From NCBI GenBank assembly GCA_964016885.1, contig OZ024751.1:52824001-52888000 (forward strand): a stretch of 64,000 nt of DNA, in the 5' to 3' direction. The position numbers and the translations under genes were made by a program. Below are positions 43,001 through 61,000 of this stretch, piece by piece. The notes under the pieces were generated by a model, which made no database searches, was not told where the DNA came from, and saw only the letters and a list, made by a program, of their open reading frames with translations. Position 1 is the first letter of the stretch, and each line of letters starts with the position of its first letter. Source of the stretch: Eledone cirrhosa (lineage: Eukaryota).

Positions 43001-46000
43001 ACAACAGCAACAACTACATCAACAACTACACCAACAATTACAACACCAACAACTACACCAACAATTACAACAGCAACAACTACACCAACAATTTCAACAA
43101 CAACAACTACATCAACAAATACACCAACAATTACGACAGCAACAACTACACCAACAATTACAACAGCAACAACTACACCAACAATTACAACAGCAACAAC
43201 TACACCAACAGTTACAACAGCAACAACTACATCAACAATTACAACATCAACAACTACACGAACAATTACAACAGCAACAACTACAACAATTACAACAGCA
43301 ACAACTACACCAACAATTACAACAGCAACAACTACACCAACAATTACAACAACAACAACTACATCAACAACTACACCAACAATTACAACAGCAACAACTA
43401 CACCAACAATTACAACATCAACAACTACATCAACAATTACATGAACAACAACTACACCAACAATTACAACAGCAACAACTACATCAACAATTACAACAGC
43501 AACAACTACACCAACAATTACAACAGCAACAACTACATCAACAATTACAACAGCAACAACTACACCAACAATTACAACAGCAACAACTACATCAACAATT
43601 ACAACAGCAACAACTACACCAACAATTACAACAGCAACAACTACACCAACAATTACAACAGCAACAACTACATCAACAATTACAACAGCAACAACTACAT
43701 CAACAATTACAACATCAACAACTACACCAACAATTACAACAGCTACAACTACACCAACAAATACAACAGCAACAACTACACCAACAATTTCAACAGCAAC
43801 AACTACATCAACAATTACAACAGCAACAACTACATCAACAATTACAACAGCAACAACTATACCAACAATTACAACAGCAACAACTACACCAACAATTACA
43901 ACAGCAACAACTACATCAACAATTACAACAGCAACAACTACACCAACAATTACAACAGCAACAACTACACCAACAATTACAACGGCAACAACTACATCAA
44001 CAACTACACCAACAATTACAACAGCAACAACTACACCAACAATTACAACAGCAACAACTACACCAACAATTACAACAGCAACAACTACATCAACAACTAC
44101 ACCAACAATTACAACACCAACAACTACACCAACAATTACAACAGCAACAACTACACCAACAATTTCAACAACAACAACTACATCAACAAATACACCAACA
44201 ATTACGACAGCAACAACTACACCAACAATTACAACAGCAACAACTACACCAACAATTACAACAGCAACAACTACACCAACAGTTACAACAGCAACAACTA
44301 CATCAACAATTACAACATCAACAACTACACGAACAATTACAACAGCAACAACTACAACAATTACAACAGCAACAACTACACCAACAATTACAACAGCAAC
44401 AACTACATCAACAATTACAACAGCAAAAACTACATCAACAATTACAACAGCAACAACTACATCAACAATTACAACAGCAACAACTACACCAACAATTACA
44501 ACAGCAACAACTACATCAACAACTACACCAACAATTACAACAGCAACAACTACATCAACAATTACAACAGCAACAATTACACCAACAATTACAACAGGAA
44601 CTACTACATCAACAATTACAACAGCAACAACTACATCAACAATTACAACAGCAACAACTACATCAACAATTACAACAGCAACAACTACACCAACAATTAC
44701 AACAGCAACAACTACACCAACAATTACAACAGCAACAACTACATCAACAATTACAACAGCAACAACTACACCAACAATTACAACAGCAACAACTTCACCA
44801 ACAATTACAACAGCAACAACTACATCAATAATTACAACAGCAACAACTACACCAACAATTACAACAGCAACAACTACACCAACAATTACAACAGCAACAA
44901 CTACATCAACAATTACAACAGCAACAACTACACCAACAATTACAACATCAACAACTACATCAACAATTACATGAACAACAACTACACCAACAATTACAAC
45001 AGCAACAACTACATCAACAATTACAACAGCAACAACTACACCAACAATTACAACAGCAACAACTACATCAACAATTACAACAGCAACAACTACACCAACA
45101 ATTACAACAGCAACAACTACATCAACAATTACAACAGCAACAACTACACCAACAATTACAACAGCAACAACTACACCAACAATTACAACAGCAACAACTA
45201 CATCAACAATTACAACAGCAACAACTACATCAACAATTACAACATCAACAACTACACCAACAATTACAACAGCTACAACTACACCAACAAATACAACAGC
45301 AACAACTACACCAACAATTTCAACAGCAACAACTACATCAACAATTACAACAGCAACAACTACATCAACAATTACAACAGCAACAACTATACCAACAATT
45401 ACAACAGCAACAACTACACCAACAACTACACCAACAATTACAACAGCAACAACTACATCAACAATTACAACAGCAACAACTACACCAACAATTACAACAG
45501 CAACAACTACACCAACAATTACAACGGCAACAACTACATCAACAACTACACCAACAATTACAACAGCAACAACTACACCAACAATTACAACAGCAACAAC
45601 TACACCAACAATTACAACAGCAACAACTACATCAACAACTACACCAACAATTACAACACCAACAACTACACCAACAATTACAACAGCAACAACTACACCA
45701 ACAATTTCAACAACAACAACTACATCAACAAATACACCAACAATTACGACAGCAACAACTACACCAACAATTACAACAGCAACAACTACACCAACAGTTA
45801 CAACAGCAACAACTACATCAACAATTACAACATCAACAACTACACGAACAATTACAACAGCAACAACTACAACAATTACAACAGCAACAACTACACCAAC
45901 AATTACAACAGCAACAACTACATCAACAATTACAACATCAACAACTACACCAACAATTACAACAGCAACAACTACACCAACAATTACAACATCAACAACT

Positions 46001-49000
46001 ACACCAACAATTACAACAGCAACAACTACACCAACAATTACAACAGCAACAACTACACCAACAATTACAACAGCAACAACTACACCAACAATTACAACAG
46101 CAACAACTACACCAACAATTACAACAGCAACAACTACAACAACAATTACAACAGCAACAACTACACCAACAATTACAACAGCAACAACTACACCAACAAT
46201 TACAACAGCAACAACTACACCAACAATTACAACAGCAACAACTACACCAACAATTACAACAGCAACAACTACATCAACAACTACATCAACAATTACAACA
46301 GCAACAACTACACCAACAATTACAACAGCAACAACTACACCAACGATTACAACAGCAACAACTACACCAACAATTACAACAGCAACAACTACATCAACAA
46401 CTACATCAACAATTACAACAGCAACAACTACACCAACAATTACAACAGCAACAACTACATCAACAACTACACCAACGATTACAACAGCAACAACTACACC
46501 AACAATTACAACAGCAACAACTACATCAACAACTACATCAACAATTACAACAGCAACAACTACACCAACAATTACAACAGCAACAACTACACCAACAATT
46601 ACAACAGCAACAACTACATCAACAACTACACCAACGATTACAACAGCAACAACTACACCAACAATTACAACAGCAACAACTACATCAACAACTACATCAA
46701 CAATTACGACAGCAACAACTACACCAACAATTACAACAGCAACAACTACATCAACAATTACAACAGCAACAACTACACCAACAATTACGACAGCAACAAC
46801 TACACCAACAATTACAACAGCAACAACTACATCAACAATTACAAGAGCAACAACTACACCAACAATTACAACAGCAACAACTACATCAACAACTACACCA
46901 ACAATTACGACAGCAACAACTACACCAACAATTACGACAGCAACAACTACATCAACAATTACGACAGCAACAACTACACCAACAATTACAACAGCAACAA
47001 CTACATCAACAATTACAACAGCAACAACTACACCAACAACTACAACAGCAACAACTACATCAACAATTACAACAGCAACAACTACACCAACAATTACAAC
47101 AGCAACATCTACACCAACAATTACAACAGCAACAACTACACCAACAATTACAACAGCAACAACTACACCAACAATTACAACAGCAACAACTACACCAACA
47201 ATTACAACAGCAACAACTACACCAACAATTACAACAGCAACAACTACAGCAAGAACTACACCAACAATTACAACAGCAACAACTACACCAACAATTACAA
47301 TAGCAACAACTACACCAACAATTACAACAGCAACAATTACATCAACAGCTACACCAACAATTACAACAGCAACAACTACAGCAAGAACTACACCAACAAT
47401 TACAACAACAACAACTACACCAAAAATTACAACAGCAACAACTACACCAACAATTACAACATCAACAATTACATCAACAACTACACCAACAATTACAACA
47501 CCAACAATTACAACAGCACCAACTACATCAACAACTACACCAACAATTACAACAGCAACAACTACATCAACAACTACACCAACGATTACAAAGGCAACAA
47601 CTACCCCAACAATTACAACAGCAACAACTACATCAACAATTACAACATCAACAACTACAACAACAACTACAGCAACAATTACAACAGCAACAACTACAGC
47701 AACAACTACACCAACAATTACAACAGCAACAACTACACCAGCAATTACAACAGCAACAACTACAGCAACAACTACACCAACAATTACAACAGCAACAACT
47801 ACACCAACAATTACAACAGCAACAACTACATCAACAACTACACCAACAATTACAACAGCAACAACTACGCCAACAATTACAACAGCAACAACTACATCAA
47901 CAATTACACCAACAATTACAACAGCAACAACTACATCAACAATTACAACAGAAACAACTACATCAACAACTACACCAATGATTACAACAGCAACAACTAC
48001 ACCAACAATTACAACAGCAACAACTACATCAACAATTACAACAGCAACAACTACATCAACAATTACAACAGCAACAACTACACCAACAATTACAACAGCA
48101 ACAACTACATCAACAACTACACCAACAATTACAACAGCAACAACTACATCAACAATTACAACAGCAACAATTACACCAACAATTACAACAGGAACAACTA
48201 CATCAACAATTACAACAGCAACAACTACATCAACAACTACATCAACAATTACAACAGCAACAACTACACCAACAATTACAACAGCAACAACTACACCAAC
48301 AATTACAACAGCAACAACTACATCAACAATTACAACAGCAACAACTACACCAACAATTACAACAGCAACAACTTCACCAACAATTACAACAGCAACAACT
48401 ACATCAATAATTACAACAACAACAACTACACCAACAATTACAACAGCAACAACTACACCAACAATTACAACAGCAACAACTACATCAACAATTACAACAG
48501 CAACAACTACACCAACAATTACAACATCAACAACTACATCAACAATTACATGAACAACAATTACACCAACAATTACAACAGCAACAACTACATCAACAAT
48601 TACAACAGCAACAACTACACCAACAATTACAACAGCAACAACTACATCAACAATTACAACAGCAACAACTACACCAACAATTACAACAGCAACAACTACA
48701 TCAACAATTACAACAGCAACAACTACACCAACAATTACAACAACCAACAACTACACCAACAATTTCAACAGCAACAACTACATCAACAATTACAACAGCA
48801 ACAACTACATCAACAATTACAACATCAACAACTACACCAACAATTACAACATCAACAACTACACCAACAATTACAACAGCTACAACTACACCAACAAATA
48901 CAACAGCAACAACTACACCAACAATTTCAACAGCAACAACTACATCAACAATTACAACAGCAACAACTACATCAACAATTACAACAGCAACAACTACACC

Positions 49001-52000
49001 AACAATTACAACAGCAACAACTACACCAACAACTACACCAACAATTACAACAGCAACAACTACATCAACAATTACAACAGCAACAACTACACCAACAATT
49101 ACAACAGCAACAACTGCACCAACAATTACAACGGCAACAACTACATCAACAATTACACCAACAATTACAACAGCAACAACTACACCAACAATTACAACAG
49201 CAACAACTACATCAACAATTACAACAGCAACAACTACAACAACAATTACAACAGCAACAACTACATCAACAATTACAACAGGAACAACTACATCAACAAC
49301 TACACCAACAATTACAACAGCAACAACTACATCAACAACTACACCAACAATTACAAGAGCAACAACTACATCAACAATTACAACAGCAACAACTACATCA
49401 ACAACTACACCAACAATTACAAGAGCAACAACTACATCAACAATTACAACAGCAACAACTACATCAACAACTACACCAACAATTACAACAGCAACAACTA
49501 CATCAACAACTACACCAACAATTACAACAGCAACAACTACATCAACAACTACATCAACAATTACACCAACAATTACAACAGCAACAACTACACCAACAAT
49601 TACAACAGCAACAACTACATCAACAACTACACCAACAATTACAAGAGCAACAACTACACCAACAATTACAACAGCAACAACTACACCAACAATTACAACA
49701 GCAACAACTACACCAACAATTACAACAGCAACAACTACACCAACAATTACAACAGCAACAACTACACCAACAATTACAACAGCAACAACTACACCAGCAA
49801 TTACAACAGCAACAACTACAGCAACAACTACACCAACAATTACAACAGCAACAACTACACCAACAATTACAAAAGCAACAACTACATCAACAACTACACC
49901 AACAATTACAACAGCAACAACTACACCAACAATTACAACAGCAACAACTACATCAACAACTACACCAACAATTACAACAGCAACAACTACATCAACAACT
50001 ACACCAACGATTACAACAGCAGCAACTACACCAACAATTACAACAGCAACAACTACATCAACAATTACAACATCAACAACTACATCAACAATTACAACAG
50101 CAACAACTACACCAACAATTACAACATCAACAACTACATCAACAATTACATCAACAACGACTACACCAACAATTACAACAGCAACAACTACATCAACAAC
50201 TACATCAAGAATTACAACAGCAATAACTACACCAACAATTACAACAGCAACAACTACACCAACAATTACAACAGCAACAACTACATCAACAATTACAACA
50301 GGAACAACTACATCAATAATTACAACAGCAACAACTACATCAACAATTACCACAGCAACAACTACACCAACAATTACAACAGCAACAACTACATCAACAA
50401 CTACATCAACAATTACAACAGGAACAACTACGTGAATAATTACAACAGCAACAACTACATCAAAAACTACATCAACAATTACAACAGCAACAACTACATC
50501 AACAATTACAACAGCAACAACTACATCAACAATTACAACAGCAACAACTACATCAACAACTACACCAACAATTACAACAGCAACAACTACATCAACAACT
50601 ACACCAACAATTACAACAGCAACAACTACATCAACAATTACAACAGAAACAACTAAATCAACAACTACACCAACGATTACAACAGCAACAACTACACCAA
50701 CAATTACAACAGCAACAACTACATCAACAACTACATCAACAATTACAACGGCAACAACTACACCAACAATTACAACAGCAACAACTACATCAAGAACAAC
50801 ACCAACAATTACAACGGCAACAACTACATCAACAACTACATCAACAATTACAACAGCAACAACTACACCAACAATTACAACAGCAACAACTACATCAACA
50901 ACTACATCAACAATTACAACAGCAACAACTACACCAACAATTACAACAGCAACAACTACACCAACGATTACAACAGCAACAACTACACCAACAATTACAA
51001 CAGCAACAACTACATCAACAACTACATCAACAATTACAACAGCAACAACTACACCAACAATTACAACAGCAACAACTACATCAACAACTACACCAACGAT
51101 TACAACAGCAACAACTACACCAACAATTACAACAGCAACAACTACATCAACAACTACATCAACAATTACAACAGCAACAACTACACCAACAATTACAACA
51201 GCAACAACTACACCAACAATTACAACAGCAACAACTACATCAACAACTACACCAACGATTACAACAGCAACAACTACACCAACAATTACAACAGCAACAA
51301 CTACATCAACAACTACATCAACAATTACGACAGCAACAACTACACCAACAATTACAACAGCAACAACTACATCAACAATTACAACAGCAACAACTACACC
51401 AACAATTACGACAGCAACAACTACACCAACAATTACAACAGCAACAACTACATCAACAATTACAAGAGCAACAACTACACCAACAATTACAACAGCAACA
51501 ACTACATCAACAACTACACCAACAATTACGACAGCAACAACTACACCAACAATTACGACAGCAACAACTACATCAACAATTACGACAGCAACAACTACAC
51601 CAACAATTACAACAGCAACAACTACATCAACAATTACAACAGCAACAACTACACCAACAACTACAACAGCAACAACTACATCAACAATTACAACAGCAAC
51701 AACTACACCAACAATTACAACAGCAACATCTACACCAACAATTACAACAGCAACAACTACACCAACAATTACAACAGCAACAACTACACCAACAATTACA
51801 ACAGCAACAACTACACCAACAATTACAACAGCAACAACTACACCAACAATTACAACAGCAACAACTACAGCAAGAACTACACCAACAATTACAACAGCAA
51901 CAACTACACCAACAATTACAATAGCAACAACTACACCAACAATTACAACAGCAACAATTACATCAACAGCTACACCAACAATTACAACAGCAACAACTAC

Positions 52001-55000
52001 AGCAAGAACTACACCAACAATTACAACAACAACAACTACACCAAAAATTACAACAGCAACAACTACACCAACAATTACAACATCAACAATTACATCAACA
52101 ACTACACCAACAATTACAACACCAACAATTACAACAGCACCAACTACATCAACAACTACACCAACAATTACAACAGCAACAACTACATCAACAACTACAC
52201 CAACGATTACAAAAGCAACAACTACCCCAACAATTACAACAGCAACAACTACATCAACAATTACAACATCAACAACTACATCAACAATTACAACAACAAC
52301 TACAGCAACAATTACAACAGCAACAACTACAGCAACAACTACACCAACAATTACAACAGCAACAACTACACCAGCAATTACAACAGCAACAACTACAGCA
52401 ACAACTACACCAACAATTACAACAGCAACAACTACACCAACAATTACAACAGCAACAACTACATCAACAACTACACCAACAATTACAACAGCAACAACTA
52501 CGCCAACAATTACAACAGCAACAACTACATCAACAATTACACCAACAATTACAACAGCAACAACTACATCAACAATTACAACAGAAACAACTACATCAAC
52601 AACTACACCAATGATTACAACAGCAACAACTACACCAACAATTACAACAGCAACAACTACATCAACAATTACAACAGCAACAACTACATCAACAATTACA
52701 ACAGCAACAACTACACCAACAATTACAACAGCAACAACTACATCAACAACTACACCAACAATTACAACAGCAACAACTACATCAACAATTACAACAGCAA
52801 CAATTACACCAACAATTACAACAGGAACAACTACATCAACAATTACAACAGCAACAACTACATCAACAACTACATCAACAATTACAACAGCAACAACTAC
52901 ACCAACAATTACAACAGCAACAACTACACCAACAATTACAACAGCAACAACTACATCAACAATTACAACAGCAACAACTACACCAACAATTACAACAGCA
53001 ACAACTTCACCAACAATTACAACAGCAACAACTACATCAATAATTACAACAACAACAACTACACCAACAATTACAACAGCAACAACTACACCAACAATTA
53101 CAACAGCAACAACTACATCAACAATTACAACAGCAACAACTACACCAACAATTACAACATCAACAACTACATCAACAATTACATGAACAACAATTACACC
53201 AACAATTACAACAGCAACAACTACATCAACAATTACAACAGCAACAACTACACCAACAATTACAACAGCAACAACTACATCAACAATTACAACAGCAACA
53301 ACTACACCAACAATTACAACAGCAACAACTACATCAACAATTACAACAGCAACAACTACACCAACAATTACAACAACCAACAACTACACCAACAATTTCA
53401 ACAGCAACAACTACATCAACAATTACAACAGCAACAACTACATCAACAATTACAACATCAACAACTACACCAACAATTACAACATCAACAACTACACCAA
53501 CAATTACAACAGCTACAACTACACCAACAAATACAACAGCAACAACTACACCAACAATTTCAACAGCAACAACTACATCAACAATTACAACAGCAACAAC
53601 TACATCAACAATTACAACAGCAACAACTACACCAACAATTACAACAGCAACAACTACACCAACAACTACACCAACAATTACAACAGCAACAACTACATCA
53701 ACAATTACAACAGCAACAACTACACCAACAATTACAACAGCAACAACTGCACCAACAATTACAACGGCAACAACTACATCAACAATTACACCAACAATTA
53801 CAACAGCAACAACTACACCAACAATTACAACAGCAACAACTACATCAACAATTACAACAGCAACAACTACAACAACAATTACAACAGCAACAACTACATC
53901 AACAATTACAACAGGAACAACTACATCAACAACTACACCAACAATTACAACAGCAACAACTACATCAACAACTACACCAACAATTACAAGAGCAACAACT
54001 ACATCAACAATTACAACAGCAACAACTACATCAACAACTACACCAACAATTACAAGAGCAACAACTACATCAACAATTACAACAGCAACAACTACATCAA
54101 CAACTACACCAACAATTACAACAGCAACAACTACATCAACAACTACACCAACAATTACAACAGCAACAACTACATCAACAACTACATCAACAATTACACC
54201 AACAATTACAACAGCAACAACTACACCAACAATTACAACAGCAACAACTACATCAACAACTACACCAACAATTACAAGAGCAACAACTACACCAACAATT
54301 ACAACAGCAACAACTACACCAACAATTACAACAGCAACAACTACACCAACAATTACAACAGCAACAACTACACCAACAATTACAACAGCAACAACTACAC
54401 CAACAATTACAACAGCAACAACTACACCAGCAATTACAACAGCAACAACTACAGCAACAACTACACCAACAATTACAACAGCAACAACTACACCAACAAT
54501 TACAAAAGCAACAACTACATCAACAACTACACCAACAATTACAACAGCAACAACTACACCAACAATTACAACAGCAACAACTACATCGACAACTACACCA
54601 ACAATTACAACAGCAACAACTACATCAACAACTACACCAACGATTACAACAGCAGCAACTACACCAACAATTACAACAGCAACAACTACATCAACAATTA
54701 CAACATCAACAACTACATCAACAATTACAACAGCAACAACTACACCAACAATTACAACATCAACAACTACATCAACAATTACATCAACAACGACTACACC
54801 AACAATTACAACAGCAACAACTACATCAACAACTACATCAAGAATTACAACAGCAATAACTACACCAACAATTACAACAGCAACAACTACACCAACAATT
54901 ACAACAGCAACAACTACATCAACAATTACAACAGGAACAACTACATCAATAATTACAACAGCAACAACTACATCAACAATTACCACAGCAACAACTACAC

Positions 55001-58000
55001 CAACAATTACAACAGCAACAACTACATCAACAACTACATCAACAATTACAACAGGAACAACTACGTGAATAATTACAACAGCAACAACTACATCAAAAAC
55101 TACATCAACAATTACAACAGCAACAACTACATCAACAATTACAACAGCAACAACTACATCAACAATTACAACAGCAACAACTACATCAACAACTACACCA
55201 ACAATTACAACAGCAACAACTACATCAACAACTACACCAACAATTACAACAGCAACAACTACATCAACAATTACAACAGAAACAACTAAATCAACAACTA
55301 CACCAACGATTACAACAGCAACAACTACACCAACAATTACAACAGCAACAACTACATCAACAACTACATCAACAATTACAACGGCAACAACTACACCAAC
55401 AATTACAACAGCAACAACTACATCAAGAACAACACCAACAATTACAACGGCAACAACTACATCAACAACTACATCAACAATTACAACAGCAACAACTACA
55501 CCAACAATTACAACAGCAACAACTACATCAACAACTACACCAACGATTACAACATCAACAACTACACCAACGATTACAACAGCAACAACTACACCAACAA
55601 TTACAACAGCAACAACTACACCAACAATTACAACAGCAACAACTACATCAACAACTACATCAACAATTACAACGGCAACAACTACACCAACAATTACAAC
55701 AGCAACAACTACATCAAGAACAACACCAACAATTACAACAGCAACAACTACACCAACAATTACAACAGCAACAACTACATCAACAATTACAACAGCAACA
55801 ACTACACCAACAATTACGACAGCAACAACTACACCAACAATTACAACAGCAACAACTACATCAACAATTACAAGAGCAACAACTACACCAACAATTACAA
55901 CAGCAACAACTACATCAACAACTACACCAACAATTACAACAGCAACAACTACATCAACAATTACGACAGCAACAACTACACCAACAATTACAACAGCAAC
56001 AACTACATCAACAATTACAACAGCAACAACTACACCAACAATTACAACAGCAACAACTACATCAACAATTACAACAGCAACAACTACACCAACAATTACA
56101 ACAGCAACAACTACATCAACAACTACATCAACAATTACAACAGCAACAACTACACCAACAATTACAACAGCAACAACTACACCAACAATTACAACAGCAA
56201 CAACTACACCAACAATTACAACAACAACAACAACTACATCAACAACTACACCAACAATTACAACAGCAACAACTACACCAACAATTACAACAGCAACAAC
56301 TACACCAACAATTACAACAGCAACAACTACACCAACAATTACAACAGCAACAACTACATCAACAACTACACCAACAATTACAACACCAATAACTACACCA
56401 ACAATTACAACAGCAACAACTACACCAACAATTACAACAACAACAACTACATCAACAAATACACCAACAATTACGACAGCAACAACTACACCAACAATTA
56501 CAACAGCAACAACTACACCAACAATTACAACAGCAACAACTACACCAACAATTACAACAGCAACAACTACACCAACAATTACAACAGCAACAACTACACC
56601 AACAGTTACAACAGCAACAACTACAACAATTACAACAGCAACAACTACACCAACAATTACAACAGCAACAACTACATCAACAATTACAATTTCTACAACT
56701 ACACCAATAATTACAACATCAACAACTACACCAATAATTACAACAGCAACAACTACATCAACAATTACAACATCAACAACTACACCAATAATTACAACAG
56801 CAACAACTACATCAACAATTACAACATCAACAACTACATCAACAATTACAACATCAACAACTACACCAACAATTACAACAGCAACAACTACACCAACAAT
56901 TACAACATCAACAACTACACCAACAATTACAACAGCAACAACTACACCAACAATTACAACAGCAACAACTACACCAACAATTACAACAGCAACAACTACA
57001 CCAACAATTACAACAGCAACAACTACACCAACAATTACAACAGCAACAACTACACCAACAACTACACCAACAATTACAACAGCAACAACTACATCAACAA
57101 TTACAACATCAACAACTACATCAACAATTACAACATCAACAACTACACCAACAATTACAACAGCAACAACTACACCAACAATTACAACATCAACAACTAC
57201 ACCAACAATTACAACAGCAACAACTACACCAACAATTACAACAGCAACAACTACACCAACAATTACAACAGCAACAACTACACCAACAATTACAACACCA
57301 ACAATTACAACAGCAACAACTACACCAACGATTACAACAGCAACAACTACACCAACAATTACAACAGCAACAACTACATCAACAACTACACCAACGATTA
57401 CAACAGCAACAACTACACCAACAATTACAACAGCAACAACTACATCAACAACTACATCAACAATTACAACAGCAACAACTACACCAACAATTACAACAGC
57501 AACAACTACACCAACAATTACAACAGCAACAACTACATCAACAACTACACCAACGATTACAACAGCAACAACTACACCAACAATTACAACAGCAACAACT
57601 ACATCAACAACTACATCAACAATTACGACAGCAACAACTACACCAACAATTACAACAGCAACAACTACATCAACAATTACAACAGCAACAACTACACCAA
57701 CAATTACGACAGCAACAAGTACACCAACAATTACAACAGCAACAACTACATCAACAATTACAAGAGCAACAACTACACCAACAATTACAACAGCAACAAC
57801 TACATCAACAACTACACCAACAATTACGACAGCAACAACTACATCAACAATTACGACAGCAACAACTACACCAACAATTACAACAGCAACAACTACATCA
57901 ACAATTACAACAGCAACAACTACACCAACAATTACAACAGCAACAACTACATCAACGACTACATCAACAATTACAACAGCAACAACTACACCAACAATTA

Positions 58001-61000
58001 CAACAGCAACATCTACACCAACAATTACAACACCAACAACTACACCAACAATTACAACAGCAACAACTACACCAACAATTACAACAGCAACAACTACACC
58101 AACAATTACAACAGCAACAACTACACCAACAATTACAACAGCAACAATTACAACAACAGCTACACCAACAATTACAACAGCAACAACTACAGCAAGAACT
58201 ACACCAACAATTACAACAACAACAACACCAACAATTACAACAGCAACAACTACACCAACAATTACAACATCAACAATTACATCAACAACTACACCAACAA
58301 TTACAACACCAACAATTACAACAGCAACAACTACATCAACAACTACACCAACAATTACAACAGCAACAACTACATCAACAACTACACCAACGATTACAAC
58401 AGCAACAACTACACCAACAATTACAACAGCAACAACTACATCAACAATTACAACATCAACAACTACATCAACAATTACAACAACAACAACTACAGCAACA
58501 ATTACAACAGCAACAACTATACCAACAATTACAACAGCAACAACTACAGCAACAACTACACCAACAATTACAACAGCAACAACTACACCAGCAATTACAA
58601 CAGCAACAACTACAGCAACAACTACACCAACACTTACAACAGCAACAACTACACCAACAATTACAACAGCAACAACTACATCAACAACTACACCAACAAT
58701 TACAACAGCAACAACTACACCAACAATTACAACAGCAACAACTACACCAACAATTACAACAGCAACAACTACATCAACAATTACACCAACAATTACAACA
58801 GCAACAACTACATCAACAATTACAACAGAAACAACTACATCAACAACTACACCAACGATTACAACAGCAACAACTACACCAACAATTACAACAGCAACAA
58901 CTACATCAACAATTACAACAGCAACAACTACATCAACAATTACAACAGCAACAACTACACCAACAATTACAACAGCAACAACTACATCAACAACTACACC
59001 AACAATTACAACAGCAACAACTACATCAACAATTACAACAACAATTACAACAGGAACAACTACATCAACAATTACAACAGCAACAACTACATCAACAATT
59101 ACAACAGCAACAACTACATCAACATTTACAACAGCAACAACTACACCAACAATTACAACAGCAACAACTACACCAACAATTACAACAGCAACAACTACAT
59201 CAACAATTACAACAGCAACAACTACACCAACAATTACAACAGCAACAACTTCACCAACAATTACAACAGCAACAACTACATCAATAATTACAACAGCAAC
59301 AACTACACCAACAATTACAACAGCAACAACTACACCAACAATTACAACAGCAACAACTACATCAACAATTACAACAGCAACAACTACACCAACAATTACA
59401 ACATCAACAACTACATCAACAATTACATGAACAACAACTACACCAACAATTACAACAGCAACAACTACATCAACAATTACAACAGCAACAACTACACCAA
59501 CAATTACAACAGCAACAACTACATCAACAATTACAACAGCAACAACTACACCAACAATTACAACAGCAACAACTACATCAACAATTACAACAGCAACAAC
59601 TACACCAACAATTACAACAGCAACAACTACACCAACAATTACAACAGCAACAACTACATCAACAATTACAACAGCAACAACTACATCAACAATTACAACA
59701 TCAACAACTACACCAACAATTACAACAGCTACAACTACACCAACAAATACAACAGCAACAACTACACCAACAATTTCAACAGCAACAACTACATCAACAA
59801 TTACAACAGCAACAACTACATCAACAACTACAACAGCAACAACTACACCAACAATTACAACAGCAACAACTACACCAACAACTACACCAACAATTACAAC
59901 AGCAACAACTACATCAACAATTACAACAGCAACAACTACACCAACAATTACAACAGCAACAACTACACCAACAATTACAACGGCAACAACTACATCAACA
60001 ATTACAACAGCAGCAACTACATCAACAATTACAACATCAACAACTACATCAACAATTACAACAGCAACAACTACATCAACAACTACATCAACAACAACTA
60101 CATCAACAATTACAACATCAACAACTACATCAACAATTACAACAGCAACAACTACATCAACAACTACATCAACAACAACTACACCAACAATTACAACAGC
60201 AACAACTACATCAACGATTACAACAGCAACAACTACATCAACAATTACAACAGCAACAACTACACCAACAACTACACCAACAATTACAACAGCAACAACT
60301 ACACCAACAATTACAAGAACTACATCAACAATTACAACAGCAACAACTACACCAACAATTACAACAGCAACAACTACATCAACAATTACAACAGGAACAA
60401 CTACATCAACAACTACACCAACAATTACAACAGCAACAACTACATCAACAACTACACCAACAATTACAAGAGCAACAACTACATCAACAATTACAAGAGC
60501 AACAACTACATCAACAACTACACCAACAATTACAAGAGCAACAACTACATCAACAATTACAACAACAACAACTACATCAACAACTACACCAACAATTACA
60601 ACAGCAACAACTACATCAACAACTACACCAACAATTACAACAGCAACAACTACATCAACAACTACACCAACAATTACACCAACAATTACAACAGCAACAA
60701 CTACATCAACAACTACACCAACAATTAGAAGAGCAACAACTACACCAACAATTACAACAGCAACAACTACATCAACAACTACACCAACAATTACAACAGC
60801 AACAACTACATCAACAATTACAACAGCAACAACTACACCAACAATTACAACAGCAACAACTACATCAACAATTACAACAGGAACAACTACACCAACAATT
60901 ACAACAGCAACAACTACATCAACAACTACACCAACAACTACACCAACAATTACAAGAGCAACAACTACACCAACAATTACAACAGCAACAACTACATCAA

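Noticed and set aside
34033-59430. Selenocysteine recoding of the TGA codons
   Set aside because: No SECIS visible, no redox motif context, and the TGAs derive from Ser TCA rather than Cys codons
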